The notes below the pieces were generated by a model. The model did not search any database, was not told where the DNA came from, and saw only the letters and a list, made by a program, of their open reading frames with translations. A stretch of 64,000 nt of DNA, from NCBI GenBank assembly GCA_041659505.1, contig JBAZYF010000001.1, forward strand, positions 101,475 to 165,474, read 5' to 3'. The position numbers were made by a program, and so were the translations under genes. The stretch's first letter is position 1; each line of letters begins with the position of its first letter. The DNA is from Parcubacteria group bacterium (GTDB taxonomy: Bacteria; Patescibacteriota; Minisyncoccia; Moranbacterales; UBA2206). Of the stretch, positions 8,063 through 16,738 are shown piece after piece.

Positions 8063-9937
8063 TTATTCTACGGCCAGTCCGCTCGGCGCTCCGGGCGCGG
8101 TTGTATCCGCTCCTTGATATTCATAGGCGCCAATATCATAAGCTCCAGCTAATCTAGCAATTGGATTGTCAGTACCGGCCGTGTTGATGTTGCCGTCATA
8201 GGGACTGCCAAGTGTGGCACCGTTGTTGAGGGCATTGCCGGAAGTTATTTTGAAATAGTCGGTGTTGGGCACTATGTTGGCTCCATAAGTGCCGGAGAAT
8301 CCAGTTGGCAAAGTTCCGCCGGTAAATTGTGGGTCGGTGTTTTGGGCGGTGGGTTCCCAGACTGTAGTGACTGATCGATCATAGGTACTAGCCACCCACT
8401 TCTCACCAGCTACCGTATTCACATCTGAATACATATTGCCACCTTCATCGCGATAGACTTTGAGATAATTTGCTGAAACTTCATAGATATAAAATAAAGA
8501 ACCATTGAGATCGGGTGAGCTAAATCCTGTCCATTTCACAAAATTACCAACACTAAACAAACTGGTCCAATCACCTCCGCCAACTTTGGTAAAATACATA
8601 TAATCCCCCACGATGGATACCGTAACCACAGTCGAAGAAATTGGGATACTATCGTATGCAGCATCCCTAATGACCGCCAAAGAAGAACCGTCAGAACGAT
8701 AAATTAAATTGCTAGAATGAGTGAGCCAATGATGGCGATCATCTACGGCATAGCTATCGGAAGTATAAATTATATTATTTTTAAAATTAAATACTGGCGT
8801 TCCAAAAATATTTCCTCCGTATTCTGCAACAGCCATACCCGTGCCATAGCTACCATCATTATAAATAGTGTTATTATAAAAACTAAAAACGCTTGATGAG
8901 TAGTTAGCATTAGACACTGATATGCCAGGAGAGTTGTTATAAATAATATTTCCATAAAATGACCCACTCAAAATCTGACTATAATTATCTTGGATGAGAA
9001 TTCCTGAATCATTGTCATAAAGTTCATTATATCTGACAAGCATATTATTAGGTCCGCCATTACCCACCCCTCCATCGGGCGAAGTTCGTATGCTGATACC
9101 ATCTGCTTGTCCAAACAAGGCACAATATTCAACCGTCACATTATCAGAATTATTATTTATTGCTATGCCCATCCCAACACCCGTTCCAAGGACATCGGTC
9201 CCATTATCATGTACCTTACAATTCCTAATTAGCACCCTGTCAACACCATTTCCGGTGGAATTCCAACTGGGATATATAGCAATACCCTCATGATAATTAC
9301 TATAAACTTCGCTGTCTAGAATGCTGATGTCTGTGTTGATTATACCATCAGTCCGAGAACTTATTAATATTCCATACATCCATTCAGCTGATAAATTAGC
9401 TGGGTTTCCTAAATCAAAGACCTTGCAATTTTCAATAATAATATTTGAAATAGGTGCAATCAGACTTGCACTATAGCCAACAGATATTCCGGTCGTATTT
9501 ATTTGATTTCCATCAATGGAAAAATTATTAAATGAAACATCGCTTACGTTAATTTCAACCAACTCATTGGTAGCATCTCCAGTAAATCCAGTGCTGGCCT
9601 GCAATACAGCTCTTGTGCCACTGCCATAAGCAGAGCCATCGTAAGTTACGCCTTCTGTAGCTCTTAATAGTGGTACCACAGTTGATGAAGATGTCCACGT
9701 ATCCTGACTGCGAAAATAAACCGTATCCCCACTCGTCACGGAAGATTGAACTTTAGCAATCGTCTCCCAAGCATTGGCATCATCCAACCCCGAAAGGCTA
9801 TCATTGCCTCCGTTTTTGACGTAGTAGGTAGAGGCACTAGCTTTTGCACTCACACCAAAAACTGCACAAAATATAATTACCAGGAAAAAGATTTTTAGTT
9901 TTGAGTTTTGGATTTTGAGCTTCATTTTAAATTTCAA
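8063..9937 (-). CDS. Secreted beta-helix protein, array paralog P5 (624 aa), with an extra ~100 aa insert before the C-terminal module.
   Basis: Conserved cap. The insert YMYFTKVGGGDWTSLF...KWTGFSSPDLN is homologous to an insert in P8. The tail is APGAPSGLAVE. Confidence 0.85.
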   Translation of the reverse strand: MKFKMKLKIQNSKLKIFFLVIIFCAVFGVSAKASASTYYVKNGGNDSLSGLDDANAWETIAKVQSSVTSGDTVYFRSQDTWTSSSTVVPLLRATEGVTYDGSAYGSGTRAVLQASTGFTGDATNELVEINVSDVSFNNFSIDGNQINTTGISVGYSASLIAPISNIIIENCKVFDLGNPANLSAEWMYGILISSRTDGIINTDISILDSEVYSNYHEGIAIYPSWNSTGNGVDRVLIRNCKVHDNGTDVLGTGVGMGIAINNNSDNVTVEYCALFGQADGISIRTSPDGGVGNGGPNNMLVRYNELYDNDSGILIQDNYSQILSGSFYGNIIYNNSPGISVSNANYSSSVFSFYNNTIYNDGSYGTGMAVAEYGGNIFGTPVFNFKNNIIYTSDSYAVDDRHHWLTHSSNLIYRSDGSSLAVIRDAAYDSIPISSTVVTVSIVGDYMYFTKVGGGDWTSLFSVGNFVKWTGFSSPDLNGSLFYIYEVSANYLKVYRDEGGNMYSDVNTVAGEKWVASTYDRSVTTVWEPTAQNTDPQFTGGTLPTGFSGTYGANIVPNTDYFKITSGNALNNGATLGSPYDGNINTAGTDNPIARLAGAYDIGAYEYQGADTTAPGAPSGLAVE

Positions 9938-9945
9938 ATTGAAAA

Positions 9946-11538
9946 TTATTCCACCGCCAGTCCGCTCGGTGCCCCAGGTGCTGTTGTATCAGCTCCTTGG
10001 TATTCATAAGCCCCAATGTCATAAGCGCCGACTGGACGTAGAAAGGGAGAAGCTAATCCGGCACTATTGATGGAGCTATTGAAAGGACTGCCGAGGGTTG
10101 CGCCGGTATTGATAGTTGGCCCTGCGGTGGTGGCAAAATAATTAGTGTTGGGTAGCATATTTGATCCGTAGGTACCAGTAAATCCGGTGGGGAGGGTACC
10201 GCCGGTGAATTGCGGGTCGGTGTTTTGGGCGGTGGGTTCCCAATCGCCGATATTAGCACTTGTATATGTACTATTTTGAGTCCAAGCTAATGCACCCGCT
10301 GAAGGTCTGTAATAAATATTATTGGTATGTTGGGATGTTGTTAGTTGTGCGCCATAATCATAAAAACAACGAGCTGCCAAATCGCAATAATAAATATTAT
10401 TTCGGAACTCTATGCCGGAAGCATTACTACCTCCTTCATAAATTCCAGCGCAACCAAACATACTCGTGCTACCAGGAGAGTAAATTGTATTGTTATACAT
10501 CTTAATTGATTTGTCATGATAATCTATGCCACTCAATGCAATAGAAGCATCAATAAGTATATTGCCATAGAATGCGCCAGAACCATAAAAGTGAGGGAAG
10601 TCAAAATAACCGCTCGTAGAAAAACCAGTCCCCTGCATAAGATTATGCCTTATAATAAAATTATCCGGGTACTCATCTGGTCCGGTATAGTCTGGGCCGT
10701 AATTCAAAACAGCTATAGCTGAACCGCTTACAGTATTGTACTCAATGGTTATATTGTCCGAATCATTACCGATATCAATAGGATGAGTACTGCCACCAGC
10801 CTGCCCAACATCATACACGGTATTTCCTCGAACAAGCGCCATATTAACTCTATTGCCAGCGACACCCCAATTTGGATAAACAGCAATACCTTCATGCCCC
10901 GCTTCATGAACTATATTATTAGTCACCGTCACGTTGCTAGTTGTATGACTTCCGCGCGCTCCCACAAGAATTGCATAGTAGTAGGATGGATTAGGACTGT
11001 CTGTCGTGATGCCATTAATAATCTCACAATAATCCACAGTGATATCGGTAATGTCCCCCGACGGAGTTGGGCTAGTCCCGCCAATATACACACCACCGAG
11101 AGATAGCTCATTGCTATCAACCAAAAACCCCCTAAAAGTGACATTGCTTGTGTAAATTTGCACCACGCCATAACCAGCGACTCGGGACGTGGCTTGTAAT
11201 TTCGCTCTTGTTCCAGATCCGTATGTCGCCCCGTCATAAATCACCCCCTCCGTACAATTAAGCACGGGGTCTGCTCCTGTCCACGTATCCTGCGATCGAA
11301 AATACACAGTATCGCCACTCGTAGCAGAGGAGCTAACTTTGTCAATCGTCTCCCAAGCATTAGCATCATCCAACCCGGAAAGAGAATCATTGCCTCCGTT
11401 TTTGACATAATAGGTGGCGGCGCTGGCTTTGGCACTCAAGCCAAAAAAACCACAAAATATAATTACCAAAAAAATAATTTTGAATTTAAACTTGCTTGCC
11501 CCGGATGAGCAAAGCAATTTTTCGGAGTGTTTTTGCAT
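9946..11538 (-). CDS. Secreted beta-helix protein, array paralog P6. The ORF is open to 11607, but the start is most likely the Met of MQKHSEK... at 11538.
   Basis: ...KFKFKIIFLVIIFCGFFGLSAKASAATYYVKNGGNDSLSGLDDANAWETI... The conserved C-terminal module ends APGAPSGLAVE. The longer ORF would overlap the upstream ATPase stop at 11549. Confidence 0.8.
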   Translation of the reverse strand: MQKHSEKLLCSSGASKFKFKIIFLVIIFCGFFGLSAKASAATYYVKNGGNDSLSGLDDANAWETIDKVSSSATSGDTVYFRSQDTWTGADPVLNCTEGVIYDGATYGSGTRAKLQATSRVAGYGVVQIYTSNVTFRGFLVDSNELSLGGVYIGGTSPTPSGDITDITVDYCEIINGITTDSPNPSYYYAILVGARGSHTTSNVTVTNNIVHEAGHEGIAVYPNWGVAGNRVNMALVRGNTVYDVGQAGGSTHPIDIGNDSDNITIEYNTVSGSAIAVLNYGPDYTGPDEYPDNFIIRHNLMQGTGFSTSGYFDFPHFYGSGAFYGNILIDASIALSGIDYHDKSIKMYNNTIYSPGSTSMFGCAGIYEGGSNASGIEFRNNIYYCDLAARCFYDYGAQLTTSQHTNNIYYRPSAGALAWTQNSTYTSANIGDWEPTAQNTDPQFTGGTLPTGFTGTYGSNMLPNTNYFATTAGPTINTGATLGSPFNSSINSAGLASPFLRPVGAYDIGAYEYQGADTTAPGAPSGLAVE

Positions 11539-11548
11539 TTTTTTATTC

Positions 11549-12730
11549 TTACCGAATCTCCCCGCCCCAGATATAGTCGAAGAAGTTCGGCACAATCTGC
11601 CGACCAATCAGCCGGTACTTTTTCAGCCCGGCAGTCCGAGCTAAATTTTCCAGTTTCTTTTTGTCAGTTTCAATTGGTGTTTCTTTTACTTCCAATCCAA
11701 CTTTTTCATCAAGTACAAAATCAATCTCCCGACCGTTTTTGAGAGAATAATATTGCAACTTGCCCTGCTGGCGCAATTGATTGAAAATAGCATTTTCAAA
11801 TTTTGAACCGCCATTCAGATCCGCTAGGATTCCCGCCAGGCCATTGTCGCAAAAATAAATCTTTTGAGCTTTCACAATTTCTCGATCGAAACTTTTTGTA
11901 TAAATCGGGACTCTCTGGATTAAATAAGTTTTTTCGAAAAGATCCAAATAGCTGACTACTGTTGGACGAGAGAGATTGGAAAGACGTGCTAACTTGGAAT
12001 AATCCAGTTTTGTTCCAACGCGACCGGCTAACATTTTTAACAAATTATAGATATTCTGTTCGTTCCTAAAATCAGCCAAAAATTTAATGTCGATGTTGAG
12101 ATATGAGCTAATGATATCTCTAAGCAAATCCTTCTTTTCTTCCTCTGTATCGGCCAAAACCACTTCGGGAAAACCGCCAAATTCAACATAATTTTCATAG
12201 TAACTTCTTACTCGTTCATGCTCAATCGGATTGGCCTTTTTTTCCTGCCATTTCTCAGCTTTAAGATAGAAAACCTTATGAAAAACCAAATATTCTCCAA
12301 AATCCAAGGGATAGATTTCGAATATTTTTTTGCGCCCAGCCAGTGATTCACTGAAAAGATTTTTCAGATAATAGGAACTCGATCCGGTTACGATAAACTT
12401 CACATCAAAAGTATCGTATAAATATTTCAGAATACTAGCGATCGCTGGAAACATTTGAATTTCGTCTATTGCCAAATACATACGATCAGACATTGACAAC
12501 CCCTTGCTGGCAAGTTCCTTGAGAATGTTGTCATAATTTTTTTGATTAAACAGCGCCCGATTATCCACTCGCTCCAAATCGAGATAGAGTTTATTTTTTG
12601 AAGGAATGTCTTCCAGCAATTGATTGAGCAGTGTGGTCTTTCCTGTTCGGCGCATACCGGTAATCACGGTTATTTGCCTTGATTTGAGATGTTTTTTCAG
12701 TTCGGGATAAATTTTGCGCTCTAAAAACAT
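11549..12730 (-). CDS. AAA+ superfamily ATPase (COG1373/DUF4143 type) embedded in the beta-helix array.
   Basis: Walker A GMRRTGKTT, Walker B LAIDEIQ, and a sensor segment IVTGSSSY. The C-terminal half is of DUF4143 type. This is one of two such ATPases in the window; the other is at 33885-35126. Confidence 0.8.
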   Translation of the reverse strand: MFLERKIYPELKKHLKSRQITVITGMRRTGKTTLLNQLLEDIPSKNKLYLDLERVDNRALFNQKNYDNILKELASKGLSMSDRMYLAIDEIQMFPAIASILKYLYDTFDVKFIVTGSSSYYLKNLFSESLAGRKKIFEIYPLDFGEYLVFHKVFYLKAEKWQEKKANPIEHERVRSYYENYVEFGGFPEVVLADTEEEKKDLLRDIISSYLNIDIKFLADFRNEQNIYNLLKMLAGRVGTKLDYSKLARLSNLSRPTVVSYLDLFEKTYLIQRVPIYTKSFDREIVKAQKIYFCDNGLAGILADLNGGSKFENAIFNQLRQQGKLQYYSLKNGREIDFVLDEKVGLEVKETPIETDKKKLENLARTAGLKKYRLIGRQIVPNFFDYIWGGEIR

Positions 12731-12767
12731 AGATTTTTACATTAATAATTACTAAACTATATATATA

Positions 12768-12796
12768 ATATTACATTTAGTATCAATATTTGTCAA
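12768..12796 (-). promoter_or_regulatory. Sigma70-like promoter for the embedded ATPase. On the minus strand the -35 is TTGACA (12796-12791), the spacer is 17 nt, and the -10 is TAATAT (12773-12768).
   Basis: Hexamers were read on the reverse strand. The -10 lies ~38 nt upstream of the ATG at 12730. A 13 bp palindrome TGCTACTGTAGCA sits adjacent at 12797-12809. Confidence 0.45.
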
Positions 12797-12827
12797 CTGC
12801 TACTGTAGCATGGCTATTTTAAGCCTT

Positions 12828-14480
12828 TTATTCTACAGACAGTCCGCTAGGCGAAGCTGGCGGAGTTATCTCCGTGCCTTGATATTCATAGGCGCCGATA
12901 TCATATGTGCCAACTGGACGTAGAAAGGAAGTCTCCAGTCCGGCGCTGTTGATGGAACTGTTGTAGGGACTCCCAAGGGTGGCGCCAGTATCGAGAGCGT
13001 TGCCAGTTGTAATTTTAAAATAATCTGTATTAGGAAGCATATCGGTACCGTAGGTGCCGGTGAATCCGGTGGGGAGGGTGCCGCCAGTGAATGCGGGGTC
13101 GGTGGTTTGGGCGGTGGGTTCCCAAGTCAAAACGCCTGAACGGTTATAATTCACAGTGCTTGCAAATGTGGTAACGTGATTATCACTTGAACCGGATGAC
13201 CGAAAAATTAGATTGTTTGAATGTGTCAGGAAATTACCAGGGCAAGTAAAATCATCACTCCCACGACATTCTGCGATTCCTTCCCAGTTACTCGTGTAAA
13301 TCGCGTTATTTTTAAAATTAAACACAGGGATTGGAGTTCCTGCGATATCGCAGGAAGTATACTCGCAAGCCACAACTGGTTGCTTATACACGCACGGATT
13401 GTTAGTGCTGTAGATAGTATTATTATAATAACTGAATACTGATCCGCTATAATCACCATTAGGAATATCAATATCATGACATGCACCACTGCCACTCCAT
13501 CCAACACCAGTATCAAAGAATAAATTACCATAATATGCACCTGTCGAACCTTCCAGTCCCGCATCCCCGGTGCGATAAGACAACCCGAATCTATTATTAT
13601 AAATCATATTATAGCGCACAATTAGATTTGATACTGATTCGGAAGTGTCATAATTAGATGTTCCAACTATAATGCCCGTACCATTATCATGTATATTCGA
13701 GTACTCAATTGTAATATTATCTGATCTGTTCATGATATAAAAACCTTGGTCAAATCCAGAAGCATAAGTGATACCATCGCCACGACCAACATCGTATACT
13801 TCGCAATTTCTGACTGTTATTCTATTAATCCTACAGCCTGTCCTGTTCCAAGAATTATATAATGCAAACCCCTCATGACCCGTGCTGTACACCTTTGTAT
13901 CAGTAATTAATACATCGCTAACAACAACATCATTCGCGCTGATCCCTCCGACATAAAAACCATAAGCCCAATGGCCGGTAGGGACTAAGCTATTATGCAC
14001 ATCACAAGAATCAACAACTATATTACCAAAACTCACAGGAGCTCCCTGTCCGATGGCAAAAATGCATAATATCTGATCATTCCCATCTACATCAAATCCA
14101 CGAAAAACAACATTAGATACGTTTATTTTAACAACCGCCATATTATCAGCGGATGAGCTTGTTGCTCTCAGCGTGGCTTTTGCGCCAGAGCCATATTCAT
14201 TGCCAATATATGTTACCCCGGACACCGCAGTTAAAACAGTTGCTGCCCCTGTCCACGTATCCTGCGATCGAAAATACACAGTATCGCCACTCGTAGCAGA
14301 AGAGCTAACTTTAGCAATCGTCGCCCAAGCATTGGCATCATCCAATCCAGAAAAAGAATCATTACCTCCGTTTTTGACATAGTAGGTGGCAGCCTCAGAA
14401 TTCTTGACCATGCCAAAGAAGCTGCAAAATATAATTAAGTTAAAAAAGATTGCATTAAAAATTTTAAATTTAATTTTCAT
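12828..14480 (-). CDS. Secreted beta-helix protein, array paralog P7 (550 aa).
   Basis: MKIKFKIFNAIFFNLIIFCSFFGMVKNSEA then ATYYVKNGGNDSFSGLDDANAWATI. The C-terminal module ends TPPASPSGLSVE. Confidence 0.85.
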   Translation of the reverse strand: MKIKFKIFNAIFFNLIIFCSFFGMVKNSEAATYYVKNGGNDSFSGLDDANAWATIAKVSSSATSGDTVYFRSQDTWTGAATVLTAVSGVTYIGNEYGSGAKATLRATSSSADNMAVVKINVSNVVFRGFDVDGNDQILCIFAIGQGAPVSFGNIVVDSCDVHNSLVPTGHWAYGFYVGGISANDVVVSDVLITDTKVYSTGHEGFALYNSWNRTGCRINRITVRNCEVYDVGRGDGITYASGFDQGFYIMNRSDNITIEYSNIHDNGTGIIVGTSNYDTSESVSNLIVRYNMIYNNRFGLSYRTGDAGLEGSTGAYYGNLFFDTGVGWSGSGACHDIDIPNGDYSGSVFSYYNNTIYSTNNPCVYKQPVVACEYTSCDIAGTPIPVFNFKNNAIYTSNWEGIAECRGSDDFTCPGNFLTHSNNLIFRSSGSSDNHVTTFASTVNYNRSGVLTWEPTAQTTDPAFTGGTLPTGFTGTYGTDMLPNTDYFKITTGNALDTGATLGSPYNSSINSAGLETSFLRPVGTYDIGAYEYQGTEITPPASPSGLSVE

Positions 14481-14507
14481 TTCAAATTAAAAATTTTAAA
14501 TTTCAAA

Positions 14508-16424
14508 TTATTCCACTGCCAGTCCACCAGGCACACTGGGTGGAACCGTGTCCGCTCCTTGCAATTCATAGGCTCCAATATCATAGGCTCCGCCTTGGGG
14601 ACGCAAGAATGGCGAAGCCAGTCCGGCGCTGTTGATGGAGCTGTTAAATGGACTGCCGAGAGTCGCTCCAGTATCAATGGTTGGTCCTGTGGTGGTGGCG
14701 AAATAATTAGTGTTGGGTAGCAGATTGATGCCGTAGGTGCCGGTGAAACCGGTGGGAAGGGTGCCGACGGTGAACTCAGGGTCGGTGTTTTGGGCGGTTG
14801 GTTCCCAGGTAGCGACGGCTGAACGATTAAAATTAGTCATCGTCCCCTTTACTCCAGTCACAATATTAATATCCGTATAGGGTATTGAAGTTTTTGCAAC
14901 TCTCAGCTGATTTTCCGTCACCGCATCAACCATAAACACAATATTATTAAGTGCCGGCGTGGTAAAGCCAGACCATTTAAAAAAGTTATAATGTGTAAAA
15001 ATAGTTGTCCAGTCCGTACCGCCTGATTTGGTAAAATATGTATATGTTGCATCGTTAGAAACAGTTACTTCCGTCTCTGGAATAACCTCCGCGTAGCTCA
15101 TATTAGAAATGGCAGCCCCAGTCGATCCTGATGCTCTGTAAATAAGATTATTGGAGTGAGCTGTAATTTTAGTAAGATGATCATAAACTCCAATAGCATT
15201 ATTACTATAAATAATATTATTTTTAAAATTAACTATAGGGTAGTTCGCCATAGCGTTAGAGTATTGGAAAAAAGACACAATCCCATAACTTGTGGCTGAT
15301 ACGGTATTGTAAATAGTGTTGTTATAAATATCAAACGTACTTGCTTCGTATTCGCCATTACTAACTTCCAAATCGATGCCGGCATTATTGTAAAATATGT
15401 TGCTATAAATATTAGCATTAAGTGAGTGCACCAGGCCTATCTGCGTAGAAAAACCACTTCCCGTATTTTCATAAATCAGATTATTTCTAATTATCAAATT
15501 ATCTGGTGATCCGGCCGCAGCTTCCGGCGATGTCCGCTCCCAGATTCCCGTCATGCCATTATCACGGATACTATTAAATTCAACAGTGACATTATCTGCA
15601 TTGTTAGCGACAAGCACTCCTACTCCGCCATTGCCATATGTGCCGTTAGCATTGGTATAGGTCGGCCTAGTACCGCAATCATGAACATTATTTCCCCGCA
15701 CTGACACACCATCAACTCTCGGGTTCGTTCTTACCCATGCTGTGTAAATAGCAACACCTTCATGATAGGTATAGGCAACTTCATTATTGATTATATTAAA
15801 ATTAGTATGTGTGATATTATCATCGCCACCAGCAGCATAAAGTCCATATTGCCAGTTAGGTTGCCAAGTTTCATTAAGAATATTAGGATCAGTAATGCTG
15901 TGATTACCTCCGACAAGATTCGGATTGCCTGTGTGATGAATATAACAGTCCTTAACTGTAATATTGTCGATGGCCTTTCCGGCTCCATATCCAACATAAA
16001 GGCCACCACCGGTCCCCATTGAACTACCATCTACCTCAAATCCCTTGAAAACCACATCACTTTCATTGATAACGACTAAGCGATGCGTGTCCGCCTCAAG
16101 GCCAGTTATACCCTTTAATTCTGCCTTGACGCCAGCGGATGGCCACTCATTTCCAATATAAGAAACCCCTCTCTCGGCAGTCAAAAATGGGGCCGTTGAA
16201 AATTCCCAAATATCGCCGGAATTAAAATACACCATGTCCCCGCTAGTGACTGTCAATTGAACTTTGGCAATCGTCTCCCAAGCGCTGGCATCATCCAATC
16301 CAGAAAGACTATCATTGCCTCCGTTTTTGACGTAGTAAGTCGCAGCCTCTGAATTTCTTGCCATTCCAAAGATTCCGCAAAACAAAATTAGAAAGACGAA
16401 AATTTTTAATTTAGTTATTTTCAT
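14508..16424 (-). CDS. Secreted beta-helix protein, array paralog P8 (638 aa), with the same insert domain as P5.
   Basis: MKITKLKIFVFLILFCGIFGMARNSEA then ATYYVKNGGNDSLSGLDDASAWETI. The last ~80 nt are near-identical to P1 (...RPQGGAYDIGAYELQGADTVPPSVPGGLAVE). Confidence 0.85.
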   Translation of the reverse strand: MKITKLKIFVFLILFCGIFGMARNSEAATYYVKNGGNDSLSGLDDASAWETIAKVQLTVTSGDMVYFNSGDIWEFSTAPFLTAERGVSYIGNEWPSAGVKAELKGITGLEADTHRLVVINESDVVFKGFEVDGSSMGTGGGLYVGYGAGKAIDNITVKDCYIHHTGNPNLVGGNHSITDPNILNETWQPNWQYGLYAAGGDDNITHTNFNIINNEVAYTYHEGVAIYTAWVRTNPRVDGVSVRGNNVHDCGTRPTYTNANGTYGNGGVGVLVANNADNVTVEFNSIRDNGMTGIWERTSPEAAAGSPDNLIIRNNLIYENTGSGFSTQIGLVHSLNANIYSNIFYNNAGIDLEVSNGEYEASTFDIYNNTIYNTVSATSYGIVSFFQYSNAMANYPIVNFKNNIIYSNNAIGVYDHLTKITAHSNNLIYRASGSTGAAISNMSYAEVIPETEVTVSNDATYTYFTKSGGTDWTTIFTHYNFFKWSGFTTPALNNIVFMVDAVTENQLRVAKTSIPYTDINIVTGVKGTMTNFNRSAVATWEPTAQNTDPEFTVGTLPTGFTGTYGINLLPNTNYFATTTGPTIDTGATLGSPFNSSINSAGLASPFLRPQGGAYDIGAYELQGADTVPPSVPGGLAVE

Positions 16425-16671
16425 TTTTAATACAACGCACCCTAAAAAAACTTCCTGGGAATATCCTTATTTTAGCATGAAACAGGTGAAAAATAAACCT
16501 AGACTATTCTACCCACAAAGAAAAAAATTAGTATAATTTCAAAATCCTAATTTCCAGCGTCAAATTAATTTCAAATGCCAAATTTCAAATTAAACAGCTT
16601 CTTTTGTAATTTGAGCTTTAGATTTGGTTGGAAATTTAACATTTTGATTTTGAAATTAGCCCTTAGCATTA

Positions 16672-16710
16672 CAAAAAAAGACGCCACTTGCAAGCGTCCC
16701 TTTTGTTTTT
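16672..16710 (-). terminator. Rho-independent terminator downstream of groEL. The hairpin GACGC-N9-GCGTC is flanked by A/T runs and looks bidirectional.
   Basis: AAAAAAAGACGCCACTTGCAAGCGTCCCTTTTGTTTTTT lies directly after the groEL stop at 16739. Confidence 0.5.
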
Positions 16711-16738
16711 TATTTCTTGCTTCCTGTTTCTTTTATTC

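Noticed and set aside
12797-12809. TGCTACTGTAGCA palindrome as a LexA (CTGT-N8-ACAG) box.
   Set aside because: The spacing and half-sites do not fit the E. coli-type or Gram-positive-type SOS boxes. A single occurrence cannot support a call. It is noted only as a palindrome next to the ATPase promoter.
1509-16424. Diversity-generating retroelement (DGR) explanation for the variable beta-helix genes.
   Set aside because: There is no reverse transcriptase gene, no template repeat, and variability is spread over the whole core rather than adenine-specific in a C-terminal VR. Paralog recombination fits better.
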